A DNA stretch of 63,922 nucleotides, filler included, from Octopus bimaculoides (GCF_001194135.2; 8 parts of 8 records of this genome joined end to end with filler, not necessarily neighbours in it); one strand, 5' to 3'; counted from the first letter of the whole stretch, positions 50,519 through 62,145 are shown. The notes: generated from the sequence alone by a model not told the origin. Made by a program: numbers and translations.

Positions 50519-52435
50519 GTAAGACCTTATTTTTAATGAATCACTATTTAACATTTCTAACTTTAAACCCTTTTTTAAAGGTTTTGTAATTTTATTTTGA
50601 ATTTTCATTTAGAAAACCTATAGTTTCTCTGTATTTTGGCATTAAAATTTTAAGGCTATCAGTAAAAGGTACTATTGTATATTTCTATTATTGACATTCT
50701 TCAAGGACCAAAAGAAGATAAATTCACCCTGTTTTTAGTAAGTATCATAAGATGTTCTTCCATACTGTTAGCAATAAAACTTTGTATAATGGACAAGTGT
50801 TTCGTTTACTGATCTCAAATCCTTCCATGAGAACACAAAAGTAATCCACCATCTTCAAGATGATGTCTTCTATGACATCTCAGTAAATCAATGGATTAAG
50901 GGATGTTAATTTATGTATCAGTGAGGAAGATAGTCTTTCCTAATTATGGCCTTCAAAGCTATTGGAAGAAGAGATCCCTTACTTGAAAGCCAGTTAAGGT
51001 GTAATGTCAGAAAGAGCATCCAACTGTAAAGCATGGCCCTCAATAACATTCATCTAACCCATGCTATTATGGCAAAACGAATATATACTGAAATACAAAA
51101 TACGAAACAAACACTATATTGAAATAGTTCTACTGATACTGGAGATTATCCTTAGCATTAATTGATAAGTCATAATTCTCTATAGTTCTGCTGAGTGAGT
51201 GATAATGTATATTCTTCGTGTAACACAAGTTGATACCAATTCAATTCCTGCCTGAGCCATTACATTTGACTCACACCTTATACTTGTGATTTTCAAACTC
51301 ATTCAATAGTATGGTGTCCCAAAAACTCCATAAGAGTCACACAAAATTTTTAGATGTTCCCTTCCAATGAGTGGTGTTTTGTCACCTTTTATTATCCCCA
51401 ATCATTTTCAAAGCTAAATTCTTGTCAGTTTACCTTTTGTTTTCTTACCCTTAAATTGCATGAACCAGAAATGAACACATGGTTAATATGTTCTCTATTT
51501 TTTGCTTTTCCTTCTCTTTTCCACTACAGCCTTGATCTTAGGTATTTATTCAGCATGTTATATTTTAATAAATGCATTTGCAAAAATTCTAAAAAGATGA
51601 AAATATACCTAATTTTAAGTATTCTGTTTTGTTTTGTTTTCCGTTTCAAATTTTATTTGCATCTTTGTCTTATGTTTCTTATTTCATTTTACTGAATTTC
51701 TTCAATTTCATATGTTTATTGTCAGTGGCATGTCACTAGACTCAGTGTTGTTCATAATTAGTTGATTTGGAAATGATTTTACAATAGACATCATTAGCAA
51801 TGTTTTTGTTATTATTAGAATTGTCTCTCCTGAAATTTCTGACTTTGTGTCAATGTTAGAAATCAATATTAAAAGCATCTTACAAAATATTTCACAGTGT
51901 TAAGGGCACTACTGGCAAACACAGGTCTTATTTAATTGTCATCAAACTTAACTATGGAAAGATATCAAAAATATAATCATTAATGCAAATATTTCTATCA
52001 TGAATTAAATAACTATTAGTCATGGAGTTAGATACTATTTAGGAATTTAAAATGTTTTAAAATTTTGTGAAATGCATCACCAGCAGTTTGACCAAACAAT
52101 TCATCACTATCTGTATATATGTCAGTATTGAAAGAATGAAAGTGTTTAAAGAGCAGTTATATCTTTGCTAATGTTAATGAAAGTAAATTAATGGGACTCA
52201 TATTTTCCTGTAGTACCATATTAATAATGGCCCTTTATGTTCTAAATTCAAATTCTATCCTGGTTAACTTTACTTTTCAACCTTCTAAAGTCAATAAAGT
52301 ACAGTTAAGTACTTGAGTTGGTTTAATTATATATACTCTCTCCTAAAACCTGTGTGTAGCCTTATGCTAATGTTAAAAATCATTATTATTATTGTAACTA
52401 GGTTGTTGCCTGTTCCTATGCTGCCAGTAAAAATT

Positions 52436-53540
52436 GTTCAAAGTGAAAGTTTTTTTTAAAGTTTGTATTGTCTATAAGTTGAAAGACACAGAAACACACA
52501 TGCACATAAACGCACAAACAAACAACCAAATAAAATTACTATATATATATATATATATATATATAGTCTTTTTTAAAGTGTGTTTCACTGTGTTGACTGA
52601 CTTGCACTTAAAATGACCACGTTTTTAGTCAAAAGTTGTTAGCTACTAAGATGACATACACATACACTCTCTATCTCTCTCACTGCATTTCTCACTCAAC
52701 AACTTTTTCTTCTCTCTTTCTTCTATTCAAAGTGAAAGTTTTTTTAAAGTCTTTATTGCATTGACACAGAAATACCCAAACACAAAAAACAAATAAAAAC
52801 TGTATATATATATATATATATATATATATGAATGTGAGTTTGAAGGGATATATTATCCAGGCAGATACTATGGTGGCTCTCAGTTATGTTCCAGGTTACG
52901 GCTAATCACATCAATCAGTATTTAGCATCTATGACTACTATTAGTTGTCAGTCACTCTGTAAATTCCTCTGATGGGTAATTCTGTGTTTGCTTCACTGGG
53001 TGGTAATATTGCCTGGAGTATATATTAGCAATAATTATAACAATATAGAACATGGAGTCTTGTTCATCCTCAAAATTTATTTCCTCTTATTTTACAACTT
53101 TATTCAACATATTTTTATGATCTTTATGACCTACACATGTTTCCACTGCACAGATTACAGGCAGTTGCAGAAGCAACCTGGCACGATTTTTGGTGCAGCT
53201 TCTTTAGGGTCTATCCATTTGGCTAGTTTCAAAACTATATATATATACACATATAGTCTTTTTTGAAGTATGTTGTGTTGACAGACTTGCACTTAAAATT
53301 CTTGTTTTTTAAATCAAAACATGTAAATTACTATGGTGACAACACTACCTACCTATCTAGCTAGCTTTCACACACCCCTCTCACTCACACTATTTCTCTC
53401 TGAACAACTTTTTCTCTTCCTCTTCTAAAAATACATTGTGATGTATATTTTGATTCCTCCTCCTCCTCTTTCCATCCCTTTAATAGACATTGTGATTGAC
53501 AGACAGATGAAAATCCACTTCTCTTTTATTATATAAAATT
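52436..53540 (-). repeat. Local ~295-bp partial tandem duplication with a possible Helitron-like terminus
   Basis: ttcaaagtgaaagttttttt at 52437 and 52727; atatagtctttt..tgtgttgac.gacttgcacttaaaat at 52561 and 53250; ends acagacagatgaaaatccacttctcttttattatataaa. Confidence 0.4.
53154..53226 (+). CDS. Candidate terminal coding exon (R-LQAVAEATWHDFWCSFFRVYPFG*)
   Basis: tttccactgcacag| acceptor, phase-compatible with 50431-50518. An alternative acceptor at 53160 gives another open frame. Confidence 0.25.
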
Positions 53541-53679
53541 AGTTTAATGATTATTGTGTAGAAGAAGGTATAGAGCATGAAACTGTTTTATTTACACTTC
53601 TAAGATCATTGAGAAAAATACAAGCTCATGCCATTCTCAAATAAATTTATTGCCTTGTACTCTATACTGGAATTGTTAT

Positions 53680-54330
53680 TGGATTGGCAAAATTGTTAGA
53701 GCATTAGAAAATGTAGTATTGCAGTATTTCTTCCAAGTTTTTACATTCTGTGTTCAAATCCTGCCAAGATCAACTTTGCTTTTCATTCCTTCAGAGTCAG
53801 TAAAATGAAGTATCAGTTAAATACTGTAGTAGAAGGATTCAAGTAACCTCCTCCTTTCAAAACTGTTGGCTTTGTGCTTAAGTCAGAAACAATATGGTGG
53901 CAAACTGGCAGAATCATTAGATCATTGGTAAAAGTGACCCATGATATTTGTTCCAGCCCTTTATGCTCTGAGTTCAAGTCCTACCAGTGTCAACATTGCT
54001 TTTCATCCCTCTGAGTCAATAAATACAGTATCAGTCAAGTACTGGGGTTGATGTTGTCTATTATTTCCCCCCTCTCAAAATTACTGGCCTTGTGCTGAAA
54101 TCAGAAGCTATTAAAGGTGGTGAATTGACAGAATCATCAGAGCACCAAATAAAATGCTTTGTGGTAATTCTTCTGGCATTAACATTGTGTTCAAATCTCA
54201 TTGCAGTCAACTTTACACCTTTCATCTCCTCAGGGTTAATCAAGTACCAGTCTAGAACTGGATTTGATATCAATTACTCTCACCTCAAAATTTCTATGCG
54301 CCTAAATAGAAACTATCATTGTTGTTGTTT
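53680..54330 (+). mobile_element. Three head-to-tail, old SINE family 2 copies
   Basis: Head/B-box/core repeated at ~53680-53890, 53895-54105, 54112-54330. Confidence 0.75.
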
Positions 54331-54344
54331 TTCTTCTTTCAATT

Positions 54345-54990
54345 TGTTTCCATTTCTTGCCAAGTATCTCCTTGACACCTAGGGCAAAGAAACCCACTGA
54401 ATACATTGACAGGCCATTGAAATAAACATGCCAGATTGTTTGTTTACAAAGCTAAATTAAATTATGTAGAAAAAATTATTCGCTTGGATGATAATCATTT
54501 TCACAGTGACAATGCTCTTTGCAATACATGTGACATACCAGTTAAAACAATCTTTTGCACTTCTTGCAAGGATGATAAGCCAGAGATCATTCTCAAATTA
54601 TTATTATTATTATTTCTTATACACACAACAGATTAGAATGTTGGAAAAGAAAACTTCTTAACATCGGGTTACAACAAATAACCTTAGATGTCAAGAACTC
54701 TCCTGAGTATTCTAGCTGTCCCTAATAACACTGTTTTCTGGGGCTGTACTAAACTAGGTTTTATGTCTATTTTATCTATCCATCTGTTCAAATCTTTAGG
54801 GACAGTTCCTAGTGTATAGGATACATTTTGCCCACACTTTCCATAGTCCCTGTAACTCAATAGCTTGGTACTGGTACTTTGGTTCTCTCAGTACCTCTCA
54901 TATTGACTTTCTCATCATTTGGAACTGTAAAATCAATTATCTTGTACTTTCTATTCTCTTTATCTACTACTACTAAATCTACTAAGTTCC
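54345..54990 (-). mobile_element. Second R4/Dong-like LINE 3' end (RLE domain plus probable 3' UTR)
   Basis: Minus strand: DLVVVDKENRKYKIIDFTVPNDEKV...KYQ..ELQGLWK...LGTVPKDL...QKTVLLGTARILRRVLDI*. Confidence 0.8.
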
Positions 54991-55029
54991 TTTGAATGTG
55001 TAAACAAATCTTTCCACCTGCCCATTTGA

Positions 55030-55500
55030 CCTCAGGTGGTAGGGTAGGGTAAAGATTGCTTTATGGCATGTATTTTGCAGAAATTTCTTAATTCATATTC
55101 TGTGAATTGTGTTCCATTATCTGGAACTAATGTGTCTGGAACACCGTATTGAGCAAATAACTCAAGTAGGAAGTTTATTGTTGTCTTTACTGTGGGTTTA
55201 TTATGTCTGCATACCTCTGGCCACTTTGTATAGCTATCCACAATGATTAGATAGTATGCACCATTCACTGGTCCAGTATGGTCAATATGTATCCTAGACC
55301 ATGGGCTTTCAGTCTTTGTACATAGACCTAGTTTGTCTGAGAGTACTTGCAGAAACATTCTTTTTAATTTTCTCTTTAACTCTTCAGACAGATTATTTTT
55401 AGAAGGACAACCATTTACATTTTTATAATAGAGATTTATGAGGAGGTCCCATAAATTTTTAATGACAAAGACTTTTGCCTTGCATGTTTTCCCTCAAAAT
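55030..55500 (-). mobile_element. Gypsy relic: protease end and linker joined to integrase core
   Basis: FEGKTCKAKVFVIK; LGLCTKTE|SPWSRIHIDHTGPVNGAYYLIIVDSYTKWPEV; VPDNGTQF. Confidence 0.88.
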
Positions 55501-55506
55501 GTGACA

Positions 55507-55695
55507 GGAGTGGCTGTGTGGTAAGTAGCTTGCTTACCAANNNNNNNNNNNNNNNNNNNNNNNNNNNNNNNNNNNNNNNNNNNNTTAATTAATTAANNNN
55601 NNNNNNNNNNNNNNNNNNNNNNNNNNNNNNNNNNNNNNNNGCTCCAGCATGGCCACAGTCAAATGACTGAAACAAGTAAAAAAAAAAAGTAAAAG
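55507..55695 (+). mobile_element. SINE family 1 spanning a gap
   Basis: Head ggagtggctgtgtggtaagtagcttgcttaccaa before the gap, tail gctccagcatggccacagtcaaatgactgaaac after it. Confidence 0.8.
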
Positions 55696-55784
55696 AGATA
55701 TATATAGGTATGGTGATGCAAACAGGGGAAACAGACCTCAAAATATGAGTATACGTATATTTTTATTAATATTTAGCAGAAGCT

Positions 55785-55975
55785 AAGGTGGTAAGCTGGT
55801 AAAATTGTTAGCATGCTGGGCAAAGTGCTTAGCTGCATTTCATCCATCTTTATGTCCTTAGTTCAAATTCTGTAGAGGTCAACTTTACTTTCATCTTTGC
55901 AGGGTCAAACACTGGGGGTCAATGTAATCAACTGACCTCCTCCCCCAAACTTAGTGACCTTATGCCAAATTTTGA
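55785..55975 (+). mobile_element. SINE family 2
   Basis: ggtggtaagctggtaaaattgttagcatg...agttcaaattctgtagaggtcaacttt. Confidence 0.75.
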
Positions 55976-56142
55976 ATAAGCAACACTTATCAAACTCACA
56001 TATATATAAAAATATACTGAGTCTGTAGTTACTGATAAAGGCAGTTGGAAGGCTTTCATTGCAGGGACATTCATACTAGATATAACCAGCCAGATCACCC
56101 CCAACATTCCAGAATCTTATAAAAAAAAAGAAAATCATCATA

Positions 56143-56515
56143 GGTGCAGGCACAGCTGTTTGGTGAAGCTTGCTTCCCAACCACTTGGTTCTGGGTTCAA
56201 TCTCAGTGTAGCACCTTGGGCAAGTGTCTTCAACTATAGCCAAGGGATATCTAAAGCTGTGTAGGTGGATTTGGTAGATCGAAACTAAAAGAAACATTTT
56301 GTGTGTGTATGTATAAACCACGCGAAGGCAGACCGAGCTGATGCAATGTAAAAAGCAGCCAGTCCACTCTGTAAAATGGTTGGTGTTACAAAGGGCATCC
56401 AGCTGTAAAAACCATGCCTAAGTAAACAGTGAAGCTCGATACAATCTTCTAGTTTACCAGGTCCTGACAAACTGTCCAACCCATGCCAGCATGGAAGATG
56501 GATGTTGAATGAAGA
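56143..56515 (+). mobile_element. SINE with family-1 tRNA head and alternative tail
   Basis: Head gcttgcttcccaaccac..ggttcaat..caccttgggcaagtgtcttc; tail aacccatgccagcatggaagatggatgttgaatga. Confidence 0.8.
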
Positions 56516-56925
56516 TGGTTTTATATATATAAAACTGTCCGATGAACAGGAACGTGAAACTCAGAGTAACGGTTTTTTTGTTATATTTCTGCTGCTTTTA
56601 AATAAAGTATATNNNNNNNNNNNNNNNNNNNNNNNNNNNNNNNNNNNNNNNNNNNNNNNNNNNNNNNNNNNNNNNNNNNNNNNNNNNNNNNNNNNNNNNN
56701 NNNNNNNNNNNNNNNNNNNNNNNNNNNNNNNNNNNNNNNNNNNNNNNNNNNNNNNNNNNNNNNNNNNNNNNNNNNNNNNNNNNNNNNNNNNNNNNNNNNN
56801 NNNNNNNNNNNNNNNNNNNNNNNNNNNNNNNNNNNNNNNNNNNNNNNNNNNNNNNNNNNNNNNNNNNNNNNNNNNNNNNNNNNNNNNNNNNNNNNNNNNN
56901 NNNNTATATATATATCATCATCATC

Positions 56926-57160
56926 ATCATTTAACGTCTGCTTTCCATGCTAGCATGGGTTGGACGATTTGACTGAGGACTGGTGAACCAAATGGCTACA
57001 CGAGGCTCCAATCTGATTTGGCAGACTTTCTACAGCTGGATGCCCTTCCTAACGCCAACCACTCCGAGACTGTAATGGGTGCTTTTATGTGCCACCGGCA
57101 CGAAGGCCAGTCAGGAGGTAGTGGCAACGGCCACGCTCGAAATGGTGTATTTTACGTGTA
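56926..57160 (-). mobile_element. Alternative-tail SINE, 3' part with (GAT)n end; another tail fragment at 57562-57603
   Basis: catcatcatttaacgtc.gctttccatgctagcatgggttgg...ggatgcccttcctaacgccaacc. Confidence 0.8.
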
Positions 57161-58325
57161 TTTTGCCAGTACCGCAGGAAGTAAGTGAGCTTCAAGTAAT
57201 CTGTAGAAAATATAAAAAACAACCTTCAAGAACAGTAGTGGTTTATTTGTGCTTAAGGTTGTGAATTTTTCCTCTATCAAAGTATGGTAAGCTGAAAAAA
57301 ATTCTTTTATAATTCACAGTTGGCAACCAGGATTGTTGAGTATGTGAATAAAAATCAAAAAATTCAGGAATGGAGTAGATAAAATCTGAGCTACATATGT
57401 TTTATAGCGAGTGGAACCTCAGAAAAAGCAATTACTCAAGCGAGATGTATACTGCAGGCTACTCTTCAGGCGAAAGCTATCTTGATTATATAAAGTCTAC
57501 ATTGCCGTTAGGAGACCCATGTTAACACACAGAGGATTCGATCAAAATGCACGTATATATCATTATCATCGTTTAACGTCCGCTTTCCATGCTAGCATGG
57601 GTTNNNNNNNNNNNNNNNNNNNNNNNNNNNNNNNNNNNNNNNNNNNNTTAATTAATTAANNNNNNNNNNNNNNNNNNNNNNNNNNNNNNNNNNNNNNNNN
57701 NNNTATATATATATATATATATATATATGTGTATATGTATGCATGTATGTATAAATATATGTATATATATATATGTATACATGTACGTATAAACATATAT
57801 ATATATACATATATATATATGTATGCATGTATTTATAAATATATATAAATATAATATATATATGCATATGTATGTATATATATATATGTATATATATACA
57901 ACTACATATATATACATATATATATGCACATATATATATATATATTCATATATAGCAATAAGAAGTAGAACGAAATACAACAATACATATATCCCCTCCC
58001 CCACTCCCCACCTGACGACCGACGTTGGTCTGTTTACATCCACCAGGCGTCACCCCCCCATACAACAAATACAACAATACAACAACAAAAAATAAACCAC
58101 CCTAAAAGCCCTCCTGGGGCCGGTTTTAATTCGAACGGGGGGGATGGGGGTTTAACCAACGCAATAATTACACCATTAATTAAGGAATTAATTAATTAAT
58201 TAATTAATTAAATCGTTAATCACTCACCGTAATTAGAAACACGTCCAAGGCCAGAACGAAATACGTCGCGAAAGTCATCATCCTCTGCTGGAGTTTAGAC
58301 GTCCCAAAACGTCTCTGTATCCAAT

Positions 58326-59390
58326 ATGTGTATATATATTCGTAATATACGCAATTTACGCTGTTTGTCTGCAACGACTTGGTGTTTACAGTCTATATAT
58401 ATCCGTAAATATATATATACATGTGTATATAAACGTATATACACTTATATACGTATATATATGGATATATATGTGTATATATATACTTTGTTTGGTTGGG
58501 GAGTTGTGGGTTAATCCGACGGTTATCTGCAATAACTGGGTGTATAATATCTATATATATCCGTTAATTGTATATATACATGTATATATAAACGTATACA
58601 CGCTTATATACGGATATATATGTATATATACGTATATATATGTATATATATGTGTATATATATACGTTCGTTGGTTGGGGACTTGTGGGTTAATCCGGTT
58701 GTTGTCTGCAATAACTGGGTGTATAATATCTATATATATCCGTAAATATACATATACATATATATATAAACGTATATACGCTTATATATGTATATATACG
58801 TATATATATGTATATATATGTGTATATATGTATATATATATATACGTTCGTTGGTATGTATGTATGTATATATGCGTAATATATGCAATTTACGCCGTCT
58901 GTTTGCAACGACTTGGTGTTTACAGTCTATATATATCCGTAACTATATATATATACATGTATATATAAGCGTATACACGCTTATATACGTATATGTGTAT
59001 ATATATACGTTCGTTTGTTGGGTGTTGTGGGTTAATCCAACTGTTCTCTGCAATAACTTGGTGTATAGTATCTATATATATCCGTAAATATATATATACA
59101 TGTATATATAAACGTATAGACGCTTATATATGTATATATATATGGAAATATGTGTATATATATGTGTATATATATACACGTTCGTTGGTTTGGTTGGGAC
59201 GTCTGTGTTAATCCGGCTGTTGTCTGCAATAACTGGGTGTATAGTAGCTATATATATCCGTTAATTATATATATACATGTATATATAAACGTATAGACGC
59301 TTATATATGTATATATACGCATATATATGTGTATATATACGTATATATATGTGTATATATATACGTTGGTTGGTAAATATATCTCGATGT
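58326..59390. repeat. Minisatellite, ~165-190 bp units with two subtypes
   Basis: tgcaa(t/c)(a/g)act(g/t)ggtgt.ta...tatatatatccg anchor recurs six times. Confidence 0.9.
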
Positions 59391-59491
59391 TGTAGAGTTT
59401 AGATAGAGTCCAGAATTATATATACATGCAGCTATGTATATATATATGTATATATGTATATATGTGTATGTATATTTATATAGATACGTCC

Positions 59492-59553
<62 letters not shown>

Positions 59554-59825
59554 NNNNNNNNNNNNNNNNNNNNNNNNNNNNNNNNNNNNNNNNNNNNNNN
59601 NNNNNNNNNNNNNNNNNNNNNNNNNNNNNNNNNNNNNNNNNNNNNNNNNNNNNNNNNNNNNNNNNNNNNNNNNNNNNNNNNNNNNNNNNNNNNNNNNNNN
59701 NNNNNNNNNNNNNNNNNNNNNNNNNNNNNNNNNNNNNNNNNNNNNNNNNNNNNNNNNNNNNNNNNNNNNNNNNNNNNNNNNNNNNNNNNNNNNNNNNNNN
59801 NNNNNNNNNNNNNNNNNNNNNNNNN

Positions 59826-59932
59826 TGTGTGTATAATCTTAACAATATATATATGTATATATATATGTGTATATATGTATATATACAGCGTCTAGTCTTG
59901 CTGTAAACGTCTTGTTAAACCCTATGTGTATA

Positions 59933-59980
<48 letters not shown>

Positions 59981-60330
59981 CGTGTGTATATATGGTTTGT
60001 TTTGCTGTGTGTATAATCTTAACAATATATATATGTATATATATATGTGTATATATGTATATATACAGCGTCTAGTCTTGCTGTAAACGTCTTGTTAAAT
60101 CCTATGTGTATATATATGTGTATATATGTATATACACAGCGTCTAGTCTTGCTGTAAACGTCTCTTCTATCCTATGTGTATATATATATGTATATATATA
60201 TATGTATATACACAGCGTTCAATCTTGGCTATAAATGCCTGTTAAATCCTGTGTGTATATATATGTGTATATATGTATATATACAGCGTAGAATCTTGGC
60301 TCTAAACGCCTGTTGTCTACTCTTCTACGC
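59826..60330. repeat. Minisatellite built on acagcgtctagtcttgctgtaaacg units in (TA/TG)n
   Basis: Units near 59884, 60064, 60136, 60211, 60283. Confidence 0.85.
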
Positions 60331-60379
60331 TTAACTATGCGTATACATGCGTATACACATATATATACACACGTATATA

Positions 60380-60670
60380 CACACACGTGGACGTGTCTCT
60401 CTCTCAGACAACAGGAGAAGTCCGTATCTGTGTGTGTGTGTGTCTGTGTGTGTGAATGGGTCTGGGGTAAGCAATGGGCGCGCCTGCGCGAGCACGTGCG
60501 CGTGTGTATATAGGTGTGGGTGTATATATGTGCGTTTGTGAGTGGGTGAGGGGGTGACGCGGTTGGGGGTGCGTGGAGGGGGTAGGGGCCGGGTTTGGCG
60601 GGGTTTTGTGTGGAGGGGTACACAGGAATGTTATCTGGGTTTGTGGTGGTTGGCGGTGCGTAGAATGGAG
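60380..60670. promoter_or_regulatory. CpG/GC-rich patch, possible promoter
   Basis: gggcgcgcctgcgcgagcacgtgcgcg, cacgtg E-box motifs and G-rich tracts in an otherwise AT-rich window. No TSS evidence. Confidence 0.3.
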
Positions 60671-60707
60671 TTATGTGCGTATATATGTGTATATGTATAT
60701 GTATGTG

Positions 60708-60740
<33 letters not shown>

Positions 60741-60759
60741 ATGTGTGTGTATACGTGGG

Positions 60760-61062
60760 TAGATAGAGAGAGAGAGAGAGACACACAGAGAGAGAGACAC
60801 AGAGAGAGAGACACAGAGAGAGAGACAGAGAGAGAGAGAGACAGAGAGGGAGAGAGACTGAGACAGAGAGAGATAGAGAGAGAGAGAGAGATAGAGAGAC
60901 AGAGACAGAGAGAGAGGGAGAGAGAGAGAGAGAGATATATAGAGAGAGACAGAGACAGAGAGAAAAGAGACAGAAAGAGAGAGCGACAGAGAGAGAGAGA
61001 CAGAGAGAGAGAGACAGAGAGAGATAGAGAGAGAGAGAGACAGAGACAGACAGACAGACAGT
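60760..61062. repeat. (AG)n/(ACAGAG)n compound microsatellite
   Basis: Direct reading. Confidence 0.95.
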
Positions 61063-61314
61063 CACACACATATCTATGTTTATATATACATTCATACATA
61101 TATATACATATATATACATATATATACACATATATACACATATNNNNNNNNNNNNNNNNNNNNNNNNNNNNNNNNNNNNNNNNNNNNTTAATTAATTAAN
61201 NNNNNNNNNNNNNNNNNNNNNNNNNNNNNNNNNNNNNNNNNNNATCAAAGCCAAAAGTACCAGTTTTATATTCTGCATGGCAGTTCTTTTGACGAAATAA
61301 TAAACAAACTACAC

Positions 61315-61712
61315 GGAGTGGCTGTGTGGTAAGTAGCTTGCTTACCAACCACATGGTTCTGGGTTCAGCCCCACTGCGTGGCACCTTGGGCAAGTGTCTT
61401 CTACTATAACCTCGGGCCGACCAAAGCCTTGTGAGTGGATTTGGTAGACAGAAACTGTAAGAAGCCCGTCATATATATATATATATATATGTGTGTCTGT
61501 GTTTATATGTTTGTGTGTCTGTCTTTGTTCCCCCAACATCACTTGACAACTGATGCTGGTGTGTTTACGTCCCTGTAACTTAACGGTTCGGCAAAAGAGA
61601 CCGATAGAATAAGTACTAGGCTTACAAAGAATAAGTTCTAGGGTCGATTTGCTCGACTAAAAGCGGTGCTCCAGCGTGGCCACAGTCAGATGACTGAAAC
61701 AATTAAAAGAGT
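61315..61712 (+). mobile_element. Full-length tRNA-derived SINE family 1
   Basis: A-box ggctgtgtggtaag, B-box gggttcagcccc, cttgggcaagtgtcttc domain, internal (TA/TG)n, tail atgactgaaacaattaaaaga. Confidence 0.9.
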
Positions 61713-61813
61713 TGATCTGAAAGAAGATAAAGGTGAAATACAGTACTCCCATAACGTAGTTCATATACTATAAATTAATGGTCACATACTTTATTCTAGT
61801 ATTTACATGTGTA

Positions 61814-62012
61814 CAGGTTGTCCACAAAGTCTGCGTACAAGGGATTAACACATACTTTAAGAAATTATTTATTATATTTAATTGTTTGTGTTATGATTTT
61901 ATTTGCTCCATGTACCCACATGGGGAATAACATACTTTAAGAAATTATTATTTCTTATATTGTTTATGCTATGATTTTATTTACTCCATGTACCCAACCT
62001 TTGTGGACACTG
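61814..62012. mobile_element. Tc1/mariner-type MITE (~200 bp)
   Basis: TIRs cag(gt)tgtccacaaag..g.gtaca.gg with TA on both sides; internal ~78-bp direct duplication. Confidence 0.75.
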
Positions 62013-62039
62013 TAGAATACATTTTCCTCCACAAAACCA

Positions 62040-62145
62040 TTTAAAAAATTTTTTCACGTACTAAGATGTATTTTCTACAAAATATACTTGTTAAATTGGG
62101 GTGCATCCTGTGTGAGAGTGCACCTTGTACGCTGGCAAATACTTC
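62040..62145. mobile_element. Degenerate Tc2/pogo-like DNA transposon end
   Basis: ggggtgcatcctgtgtgagagtgcaccttgtacgctggcaaatac resembles ...GGTGCGTCTTATACGCCGGAAAATAC termini (recollection). Confidence 0.35.

Noticed and set aside
50706-50738. Mini-exon ttcaag|...ttttta|gtaagt
   Set aside because: In phase with the preferred frame of the upstream candidate exon it stops after four codons. It cannot be resolved without transcripts.
54436-54636. Cys-containing ORF (CNTCDIPVKTIFCTSC) as a zinc-finger exon
   Set aside because: It lies between an R4-like stop codon and a 3' end resembling that of the other R4-like copies; probably antisense LINE 3' UTR.
60219-61199. ORFs rich in YI/HT/CV/RE/SL dipeptides here and throughout the window
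   Set aside because: These are translations of (TA)n, (CA)n and (GA)n microsatellites.
61315-61390. tRNA gene
   Set aside because: A/B boxes are present but continue into a multicopy SINE body, and I could not build a convincing cloverleaf.
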